Positions 25,335 to 32,000 of a stretch of DNA of 32,000 nucleotides are shown piece after piece. Source of the stretch: Nitrosospira multiformis ATCC 25196 (GTDB lineage: Bacteria > Pseudomonadota > Gammaproteobacteria > Burkholderiales > Nitrosomonadaceae). Both the position numbers and the translations under genes were made by a program. Position 1 is the first letter of the stretch; each line of letters begins with the position of its first letter. The stretch is from NCBI RefSeq assembly GCF_000196355.1, contig NC_007614.1:990001-1022000 (forward strand), in the 5' to 3' direction. The notes beneath the pieces were generated by a model. It ran no database searches. It worked only from the letters and a program-made list of their open reading frames with translations, and was not told the DNA's origin.

Positions 25335-27901
25335 TACCAGTCCTCCCTTACGGCGCGTACTGCATTGCCCGAAACGGCGTGGCGCCCCGATGCCACTGCC
25401 GTGAATGCAGCCAGAAACATCAGTGTCAGCGCCACGCTCAAGAGACTCTCCCAGGGGAGACTCAATTGCATGGTCCAGTGGAACGATTGGGGGTTCACGA
25501 TAAAAACCAGGATCAGGCTGATACATCCTCCAAGCACAAAGCCGAGCACAACGCCGAGCGCTGTCAGCAGACCTCCTTCTATTGCCAGCATGCCAAGTAT
25601 CTGGCGCCGTGTCATGCCGATGTGGCGCAGCATTCCAAATTCTTTGATGCGCCCCAGGGCCTGCGCCGAGAAGCTGGCCGCAACACCGAGCAGGCCAATG
25701 ATTATTGCCACACCTTCAAGCAGATAGGTTACGGCAAAGCTGCGGTCAAAAATATTCAGGCTCAGCGCGCGTATCTGACCCGGATCGGAAAACTTCAGCG
25801 CATTGCCAAACGGGAGCTGCCTCATCGACTCGATTACCTGTTCCGGCGCCACCCCTTGCTCCAGCCAAAGGGCGGCATCATTCACGAGCCGATCATCCGT
25901 CAGGGCCTGATAATCCGCCAAGCGCATCTGTATCGCGCCGAATTGCCGCCCATAGTCACGCCATACTCCTGTCACGATAAACGTGCGTGCGGGAATAGCG
26001 ATGGGTAGCGTGACGTGCTTGCCAAGCGTATAACCGTATAAATCCACCATGGGTTCGGAAACCCAGATCGGAATTGCACCTTTCGGAAGCTGGGCGACCG
26101 GAATCGATTCGCCTGTCAGCGGCAACGTATTGCCGGGCTCGGATATATCGATGGGACGCGCGATCAGCGTGATATTGGGCCGGCTAGGATCGAGCATCAG
26201 CTTGGAGGAGCGGAAAAAGTCCACTCGCACGAGACCCGGCGTTTCCGCCAGTGCTTTCATCTCATCCGGGGTTAGGCCCCGCGTATCTCCGCTCGCTGCG
26301 GTTTCGACATACAGATCGGCAGGCAGGATATGCCTCAACCAGTCATCGACCGATACGCGAAAACTTGCAACCATGATCGCCATGGCGACCATCAGGGTAA
26401 AGCTTGCCAATATGCCGCCAAGCGCGATCGCGGCTTGATTGGGGGCATTGGCGAGCCGCGCCAGTGCCGTAGTCAGCACCGGCCTCGCACGGCCCGCGTG
26501 CTGCGCCATACGGAATACGACAGTGAAAATGAGTGCAGAAAGGGGTGGCATGAGAATAATGCCGCCCGTCAGCAGTTGCGCTACGGCAAGATAACCGAAA
26601 ATCGGTAAATCGAAAATCGGCGGCAATCGGGTAAAGAGGATGCCCGAAGCAAGGAAAAGCAATCCCGGCCACGGATTCCCCAGCCTGGCAAGGGCCGTAT
26701 CTTCGCTGCCGGATTTCAATGCGGGCGCTGGAAGAGCCGTGGCTGCTTCCCAGGCAGGAGCGGCACTGCCAAGCAAGGTAATGCCCACCCCCAGAATGAA
26801 AAAGACCATTGCTGCCACGGGGTCAAAATGCATGACGGGTTTTATTCCAGGGAAAAACCCCCCTCCGAGGTCTCCGCCAAAATAATGCAGCGCGCTGGTG
26901 GCTGTAGCATATCCGAGAGCAAGGCCGAGCAGCGACCCGATGAAGCCAAGAATGGCGCCCTCCCATAAAACCTGTCCCAGCATTTGTTTGCGCGTAACGC
27001 CGAGCACCCGCAACAGGGCGAACTGGTGTCTTCGCCGGACAATGGATAGCGCCTGGGTGGAGAATACCAGAAAGGTGCCGGTAAACAGCGCTACCATCGC
27101 AAGCACGTTCAGGTTTACCCGATAGGCACGCGACATGTTTGCCACCCGGGTTTCCCCGGTGGTGGGTTCGGCAACGAGGTATTGGTTCTGGGGCTCCAGT
27201 TCCTGCTCGAGTTGCGCCTTGAATGCAGCTTTATCAGTGCCGGGAAGCAGTTTCAACTCGACGCGCGATAACTGGCCGAGACGATGAAACCGCCATTGCG
27301 CCGTGGCAATATCCATTACGCCAATGCGCTGTCCCGCCCGCGCCCTGCGCAATCCCCCGGCAACCCGCAGTGCGACTGTCTGGGTGCCTACACTCAGGTT
27401 CAGGATGTCGCCTTGCTTTACCCCCAGCCATTCCATGGCGGCAGGAGAGAGGAAAATGGCGTCATCCGCGAGGACATCGAACAGCTTGTCTTCTGCCGGA
27501 ATCCCAATCAGGTCGGGCGCCATGACCGAGGCACGAAAAATATCCAGCCCGAGAATTTTCAGGGTGGCGTCTTTGCGCTCCCTAGAATGGTTGGGGAGGG
27601 AAACGTCGAGTTCCAGTACGGGATTTGCCAGCTCGACATCCTCTTGCTCTGCCAGCAGTGGATAAATCGATTCGTCGATTGTGGCCTGCGGGCCACGCAC
27701 TTCAAGATCCGACTCGCCGGAAAGGCTGCGCGCGGCGGCGGAAAATTCGTTGAAGGCGGCAGTATTGATGAGGTGGATGGCAAACCCGAGCGCCACCCCG
27801 AGCGCGATTGCGATCACGGCGACGCCTGACTGAACCTTATGAGCCTGCCATTCCCCCGATAGCAGCCAACGAGCGAGTATGCTCCTGTTGCGCCACCTCA
27901 T
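25334..27901 (-). CDS. ABC transporter permease, YbbP-like (855 aa, two FtsX-type modules)
   Basis: A large polytopic protein with two repeated 4-TM FtsX-like blocks, each preceded by a large loop. ATG 27901 overlaps the ATPase stop (ATGA). Confidence 0.88.
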   Translation of the reverse strand: MRWRNRSILARWLLSGEWQAHKVQSGVAVIAIALGVALGFAIHLINTAAFNEFSAAARSLSGESDLEVRGPQATIDESIYPLLAEQEDVELANPVLELDVSLPNHSRERKDATLKILGLDIFRASVMAPDLIGIPAEDKLFDVLADDAIFLSPAAMEWLGVKQGDILNLSVGTQTVALRVAGGLRRARAGQRIGVMDIATAQWRFHRLGQLSRVELKLLPGTDKAAFKAQLEQELEPQNQYLVAEPTTGETRVANMSRAYRVNLNVLAMVALFTGTFLVFSTQALSIVRRRHQFALLRVLGVTRKQMLGQVLWEGAILGFIGSLLGLALGYATATSALHYFGGDLGGGFFPGIKPVMHFDPVAAMVFFILGVGITLLGSAAPAWEAATALPAPALKSGSEDTALARLGNPWPGLLFLASGILFTRLPPIFDLPIFGYLAVAQLLTGGIILMPPLSALIFTVVFRMAQHAGRARPVLTTALARLANAPNQAAIALGGILASFTLMVAMAIMVASFRVSVDDWLRHILPADLYVETAASGDTRGLTPDEMKALAETPGLVRVDFFRSSKLMLDPSRPNITLIARPIDISEPGNTLPLTGESIPVAQLPKGAIPIWVSEPMVDLYGYTLGKHVTLPIAIPARTFIVTGVWRDYGRQFGAIQMRLADYQALTDDRLVNDAALWLEQGVAPEQVIESMRQLPFGNALKFSDPGQIRALSLNIFDRSFAVTYLLEGVAIIIGLLGVAASFSAQALGRIKEFGMLRHIGMTRRQILGMLAIEGGLLTALGVVLGFVLGGCISLILVFIVNPQSFHWTMQLSLPWESLLSVALTLMFLAAFTAVASGRHAVSGNAVRAVREDW

Positions 27902-28683
27902 TTTATTTGCTTCGGCAAGTCCGTAGCCTTTTCCGCCACAAAGGGATGCAGCCCATCCTTTGTCAGCACGAGAACGCGGTCTGCCGTTGCCGCGGCGGCA
28001 TGCGAGTGGGTGACAATAATGCCGGAAGCGCCATTCGCCTTGATCTCCCGGCGCATGAGCATGAGGATATCGTGCGCCGTATCCGGGTCCAGGTTGCCTG
28101 TGGGTTCATCGGCGAGAATCAATTTCGGCCGATGTATCAGGGCGCGGGCGATCGCGACGCGCTGTAATTCTCCCCCCGACAGGTGACGGGGAAAATGATG
28201 GCCCCGCCCAGTCAAGCCGACCGCATCCAGCATGTGTTCCGTACCTGCGGCAGGAATGCCATTCAGAAGCAGGGGCAGGGCTATGTTCTGGCTCAGGGTC
28301 AGGTGCGGCAGGATGTGAAATGCCTGGAAAATGAAGCCGAATTCCCTGCGCCGCAAGCGGGTAGCGGCGTCATCGTCCAGTGATGACAGGGTAATGCCGT
28401 CAATCAGTATCTCGCCTGTATCGGGCACATCCAGGCCGGCGATCAGATTCAGCAGCGTGGATTTCCCGACACCGGACTCTCCCATGATCGCCACATATTC
28501 CCCCGCCCTCAAGGTATAGGACAAATCCGTCAACACCTGTCGTCCATCCCCCGCACTGGAGTAGGCTTTGCCGATATGACGTAACTCCAGTATCGCCGGC
28601 TTCAGGTCAAGCGCGTCCTGTCGTCGTGTCGAAGATTTTTCCAAGAGCTGCTCCTCCACGCCGTGGGCGGACGGCGCGTCCAT
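27898..28683 (-). CDS. ABC transporter ATP-binding protein, YbbA/LolD-like
   Basis: Walker A GESGVGKST, Q-loop FIFQ, signature LSGGELQR, Walker B ILADEPTGNLD and H-loop VTHS. The first ATG is at 28683 (the track start 28692 is TTG). Confidence 0.9.
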   Translation of the reverse strand: MDAPSAHGVEEQLLEKSSTRRQDALDLKPAILELRHIGKAYSSAGDGRQVLTDLSYTLRAGEYVAIMGESGVGKSTLLNLIAGLDVPDTGEILIDGITLSSLDDDAATRLRRREFGFIFQAFHILPHLTLSQNIALPLLLNGIPAAGTEHMLDAVGLTGRGHHFPRHLSGGELQRVAIARALIHRPKLILADEPTGNLDPDTAHDILMLMRREIKANGASGIIVTHSHAAAATADRVLVLTKDGLHPFVAEKATDLPKQIK

Positions 28684-28815
28684 GCTATTCAAGAACTGTT
28701 ATTGTAACCTTTTGTTTGCCCGAAAGAACCTCGGAGCGAGAATATGGAGGACATGGACCGCCCCGGATCTTTAATGGTGTCCGACCTGTTTGTAGCGGGT
28801 AGGGGGAGGGAACGT

Positions 28816-29316
28816 CTATTCGTAACGGATAAATTCTTCCGCCAGCGCATCAACGCCATGACGCCTGATCAGCGCATCGATCTCCGCAAGCAAGGTGTCG
28901 TCTTCGTCATCCTCCAGAACACCGTCGCCAACCAGTTTTGCAGTCAGGCCACCGGTGATGGCCTCTCGCACTGTGCCGAGCGTGGGGGGATTTTCACGAT
29001 TTTCGTCATCGACTACGGCTTCTATTGCCCGTGTAAGCGCCTCGCTCGCATCGCTTCTCACAAAATCAATGGCCAGTGCATCTCCTCCATATTCCTCGAT
29101 CAATACATCGAGTTCGTCAAGGAGTGAGGCGTCCATGTCGAAATGGTGCAGTCGCTCAACCTCATCCAATGCAGAAGGCAGCAGACCGGCGATGAAAGTC
29201 CGAACCGTGACAAGCGTAACAGGCTGCTCCGCATCCGGATCGTTGACCCGGCTGTCGATAAGCAGCGAGAGGTTGGGGCTGACCCGGGTGTCAACATCTA
29301 CTGGATAACGTATCAT
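28816..29316 (-). CDS. Acidic hypothetical protein (166 aa) built from an internal ~77-aa duplication
   Basis: ATG 29316 with a clean ORF. Residues 37-89 and 114-166 align at a 77-aa offset (TVRTFIAGLL...DMDASLLDELDVLIEEYGGDALAIDFVRSD versus TVREAITGGL...DEDDTLLAEIDALIRRHGVDALAEEFIRYE). The SD is weak and I do not recognise the family. Confidence 0.6.
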   Translation of the reverse strand: MIRYPVDVDTRVSPNLSLLIDSRVNDPDAEQPVTLVTVRTFIAGLLPSALDEVERLHHFDMDASLLDELDVLIEEYGGDALAIDFVRSDASEALTRAIEAVVDDENRENPPTLGTVREAITGGLTAKLVGDGVLEDDEDDTLLAEIDALIRRHGVDALAEEFIRYE

Positions 29317-29371
29317 GGTCTTGTACTCTGAAGGTTTTGCTGGGGTTACGAATAGCTATAACTCGGTCTTT

Positions 29372-29390
29372 CCTTTCATTTGCCTTTCAT
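29372..29390. promoter_or_regulatory. Perfect 8-bp direct repeat CCTTTCAT x2 with 11-bp phasing (candidate response-regulator site, Pho-box-like)
   Basis: The copies are at 29372-29379 and 29383-29390. Read on the plus strand, each CTTTCAT matches the Pho-box half-site CTGTCAT at 6 of 7 positions. Read on the minus strand, the repeat ends 11 nt upstream of a -10-like TATAGC (29360-29355), 56 nt before the acidic-protein ATG. Confidence 0.4.
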
Positions 29391-29615
29391 CTGCTGCCGC
29401 AAGCTGCAGGCAGGTGTATACGACAGCGATTCGATTATTGATGATTGTTTTTTCAGTTTAGGTTTCAGTATGAAAAAGTCAATTCGACCTTATTCTGGAT
29501 TGCCTGTCGCCGTAATGAGGTGCTGCTGATCTTGGGCGGATGAAGCACCTGCCTGTCGGATTTATTGAGAAGGACGTCTCGCCGGCTAGTTCGCTCGGGC
29601 TATTGTTGGTTTGAC

Positions 29616-29657
29616 GGGCTATCCTTTTGCTCGCGTTAGGACAGCCCTTTTCTTCTT
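29616..29657 (+). terminator. Plus-strand rho-independent-terminator-like hairpin with no annotated plus-strand gene upstream
   Basis: GGGCTATCC (29616-29624) pairs with GGACAGCCC (29639-29647), giving 9 bp with one A:C mismatch around a 14-nt loop. TTTTCTTCTT follows immediately on the plus strand. On the minus strand (the pstS sense) the hairpin is not followed by a U-tract. Confidence 0.35.
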
Positions 29658-29691
29658 GAATGGAAAATATTGTCAAGAAAGAATCAGCAGG

Positions 29692-30690
29692 TCAAAGACT
29701 GGCCTCACGCTTGAGCAATTCTTCGATCTGAACTCCCACCTCCGGCTGGCCGTTAAAAACTGTGCCAAGCTTCTTCTTGTTCAGGTGTTCCAGGTTAGTG
29801 GTGTAAGCTTGAGCCGGCAGCGGAAAGTATTTGACTTCCTTTACCAGAGGCGATGCATTTTTCATATAGAATTCAATAAATTCCCTCACCTCGGGTTTTT
29901 CCGTCGCCTTGATGCTGATGTAAATGAAAATGGGGCGAGACAATGGTTGGTAGCTTCCATCCTCCACCGTTTCAACCGATGGGATAATACCGCCTTTGCC
30001 TCCATCAACAGCGAGCGCCCTAAGCTTTTTCTGATTTTCGTTGTAGTAAGCAAAGCCAAAATACCCGAGTGCGTTTTTATCGCTTGCTACCCCCTGTACC
30101 AGCACGTTGTCGTCTTCGGAAGCGGTGAAATCCCCCCGACTCGACTTGGCCTTTCCAACAATGGCTTCCGTAAAGTAATCAAAGGTGCCGGAATCTGCTC
30201 CCGGGCCGTAAAGTTTTATCGGTTCATCCGGCCATGCCGGGTTTATCTGCTTCCAACTGGTTATTTTCCCTTGGGCGTCGGGTTCCCAAATCTTCTTCAA
30301 ATCTGCAACGGTAATGACTTTAACCCAATCATTTCTAGGGTTTGCCACGACCGTCAATGCATCGTACGCTACTGGCATTTCAACGTATTGCACCCCGGCA
30401 GCTTTACATGCGTCCATTTCTTTTTTCAGGATAGGACGCGAAGCATTAGCGATGTCTATCTCACCGCGGCAAAATTTCTTGAAGCCTCCTCCCGTGCCTG
30501 AAATACCAACTGTGACTTTAGCGGCACCCTTCTTGGCTATTTGAAAATCTTCAGCCACCGCTTCGGTAATGGGGAAAACAGTGCTGGAACCGTCAATTTT
30601 TATAACCGGCTCAGCATACACAGGACTGACAGCACCAAGCAGTGCGCCCAATACCACTACTACTATCTCAATACGCAGCAATTTCAGCAT
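29692..30690 (-). CDS. pstS: Phosphate ABC transporter substrate-binding protein, PstS family
   Basis: ATG 30690 has AGGAG upstream and a signal peptide ending VYA|EP. GSSTVFPI, GISGTGGGFKKF, ANASRP and GADSGTFDYFTE are typical PstS/PBP-like-2 motifs. Confidence 0.9.
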   Translation of the reverse strand: MLKLLRIEIVVVVLGALLGAVSPVYAEPVIKIDGSSTVFPITEAVAEDFQIAKKGAAKVTVGISGTGGGFKKFCRGEIDIANASRPILKKEMDACKAAGVQYVEMPVAYDALTVVANPRNDWVKVITVADLKKIWEPDAQGKITSWKQINPAWPDEPIKLYGPGADSGTFDYFTEAIVGKAKSSRGDFTASEDDNVLVQGVASDKNALGYFGFAYYNENQKKLRALAVDGGKGGIIPSVETVEDGSYQPLSRPIFIYISIKATEKPEVREFIEFYMKNASPLVKEVKYFPLPAQAYTTNLEHLNKKKLGTVFNGQPEVGVQIEELLKREASL

Positions 30691-30711
30691 CTTGTTCTCC
30701 TAAAGAGGTTT

Positions 30712-30743
30712 TATTATTTCCTTTTGCAGGCTTGTTATGACAT
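30712..30743 (-). promoter_or_regulatory. Candidate pstS promoter: Pho-box half-site ATGTCAT plus a -10-like ATAATA
   Basis: On the minus strand the sequence reads ATGTCATAACAAGCCTGC (30743-30726), then 8 nt, then ATAATA (30717-30712). Only the first 7-mer matches CTGTCAT (6/7), and the second repeat is poor. Confidence 0.25.
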
Positions 30744-30876
30744 GAATGGCTCGATCAAAACGGGAGGCGGAGCAAGCTTAAGAAGCTCCAAGCTTTCCTG
30801 AGTTCATTTGGCCATTCTTTGCATTCTTTGTTAAGCCGCTGTCTGTATTTCACCCACTTCCTCAAGCGAACCGGAA

Positions 30877-32000
30877 TCAGAAGGCTATTTGACTGCGGAA
30901 CATGAAAGTATTCAGGTCATCCGGCTTGCCCCCGCTTGCGGTCACGAGCGGTGAATCCTTGATTTCCAATATCCTGTCGTAATTAAACATGAAGCGAAGA
31001 TTGCTGTTCACGTACCAGTTCAGGGCAGCAGTAAAGTTTTTCATCTCGCCTGCCCTGAAAGCGCCGTCGTTCAGATCTACCCCGGCGATACGTGCTGCCA
31101 GTTCCCATGCGCCCCATCCACCCTTGGAAAAGCTGAAGTTCCGGGTTGGTTCCACTCTGTGAAACTTTCCTTCTTTGTACTGGCGCGATTCTCCCGTAAG
31201 CGTCCACGCAGCTTCTCCGTACCATCCATGGAAGCTCAGTGAATCCAGGCCGTTTCTACGACCAATCCAGCTATGGGTATACTCACCTCCCGCGCTCAAC
31301 GGTCCATAGACGCCGCTGGCCTCCAGCCCCAGCATCTTGACGTCCTCGACATTTCCCAAGGCACCCGAATCAATCGGAAAGAGGTTGGTTATATGGGAGG
31401 TTTCGTGCCTGAATCTCACGCCATTTGAGGGGCCAAATAGCTGGCCGCTGCCACTCGGTCTGCGATAATTTCCTGCCACACCCAAATGGACAATCCTTGT
31501 CTTTTCGTCAAGGGGTGCAAAAGTGATGCGCGAATTGGTTCCCCAACTTTCATCCAGACTGTCGTTATTAGCGTCGATTGACTCCCCAAAAAGACCGACC
31601 TGTCCGGTCCAGTTCTTACCTCTACTTGACAGGTTTACACCGATAGCGCGGTCTACGAGGGGTGCATTGAGCACATTCATTAACGATCTTTCCATAAACA
31701 TGAGATCGTTGGAGCTTTCCTGCAGCTCGCGGCTGAAAGCCTGTTTCTGATGGCCGACGTTGATCTTTGCGAAATCCAGCCCTCTATATGAGATAAACAT
31801 GTCCTTGACGCCGACTTGGTTATCAGCGAAGTCGACCTGACTCTTGAAATCCCAATCTTTAAAGAAAGTGCCTGCAAACTCCAGTCGCCCCCGGCGCAGC
31901 TCTGCGCCATCATTGGCTTGAACCGGAACCCCGCCTCTAAAAAAATGATCATTACTACTGTGCGTGTAATCCGTATGAATCCGGCCACCGATCTTGAACT
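30877..32000 (-). CDS. Phosphate-selective porin O/P family protein (5' end beyond the window)
   Basis: The minus-strand frame stays open from 31998 down through the track's ATG at 31800 (…GGRIHTDYTHSSNDHFF…LRRGRLEFAGTFFKDWDFKSQVDFADNQVGVKDMFISYRGL…) to the stop at 30877. It has alternating beta-strand character and a C-terminal ...FMFRSQIAF, consistent with OprO/OprP-type porins. Confidence 0.85.
   Translation of the reverse strand, partial: FKIGGRIHTDYTHSSNDHFFRGGVPVQANDGAELRRGRLEFAGTFFKDWDFKSQVDFADNQVGVKDMFISYRGLDFAKINVGHQKQAFSRELQESSNDLMFMERSLMNVLNAPLVDRAIGVNLSSRGKNWTGQVGLFGESIDANNDSLDESWGTNSRITFAPLDEKTRIVHLGVAGNYRRPSGSGQLFGPSNGVRFRHETSHITNLFPIDSGALGNVEDVKMLGLEASGVYGPLSAGGEYTHSWIGRRNGLDSLSFHGWYGEAAWTLTGESRQYKEGKFHRVEPTRNFSFSKGGWGAWELAARIAGVDLNDGAFRAGEMKNFTAALNWYVNSNLRFMFNYDRILEIKDSPLVTASGGKPDDLNTFMFRSQIAF

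Noticed and set aside
29427-29450. GATT-rich stretch (GATTCGATTATTGATGATTG) that looked like a Fur box
   Set aside because: Alignment to GATAATGATAATCATTATC in any register gives poor identity. It is probably just AT-rich promoter DNA.
29611-30501. 296-aa plus-strand ORF
   Set aside because: It is antisense to the well-supported pstS gene. The translation is Phe/Arg/Cys-rich and not protein-like.

Overview
Gene-dense 32-kb chromosomal window with mid-50s %GC (by eye). I call 28 protein-coding genes and find no rRNA, tRNA, CRISPR array, transposase, integrase or phage genes. All homology calls come from reading the translations and from memory of the families; no searches were run. The backbone is housekeeping. 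It comprises prpD (5'-truncated by the window edge), an SDR and acnA, then a Crp/Fnr-family regulator. A long minus-strand block follows: ridA, recG, an orphan ABC ATPase, pcnB, folK, a deoxynucleoside-kinase-like gene, panB and panC, with ATGA and GTGA start/stop overlaps. After that come murA, ettA, a YfcG-like GST, djlA, a YbbA/YbbP-type ABC transporter coupled to an AttH-like lipocalin-domain protein, pstS, and an OprO/OprP-type porin that runs off the 3' edge. The pcnB-folK...panBC synteny suggests a beta- or gamma-proteobacterial chromosome (inference). Several pockets are not explained by housekeeping. (1) A signal-less lipase-like hydrolase is tightly linked to a ~509-aa 6-TM protein with a Pro/Ser/Thr linker, and the pair sits antisense between prpD and acnA. 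(2) A Cys-rich lipoprotein carries a Gly-Trp tandem repeat whose DNA is an extreme G-run tract. (3) A 1.2-kb islet holds a secreted FGE/SUMF1-domain protein and a small disordered secreted protein, bracketed by REP-like CCCTCTC/GAGAGGG hairpins. (4) An acidic protein built from an internal ~77-aa duplication lies upstream of the ABC/AttH operon. It is preceded by a perfect 8-bp direct repeat with 11-bp phasing that resembles Pho-box half-sites, and by a structured 375-bp spacer with a plus-strand terminator-like hairpin. None of these can be assigned a function from sequence alone, so I rank them as candidates rather than discoveries.
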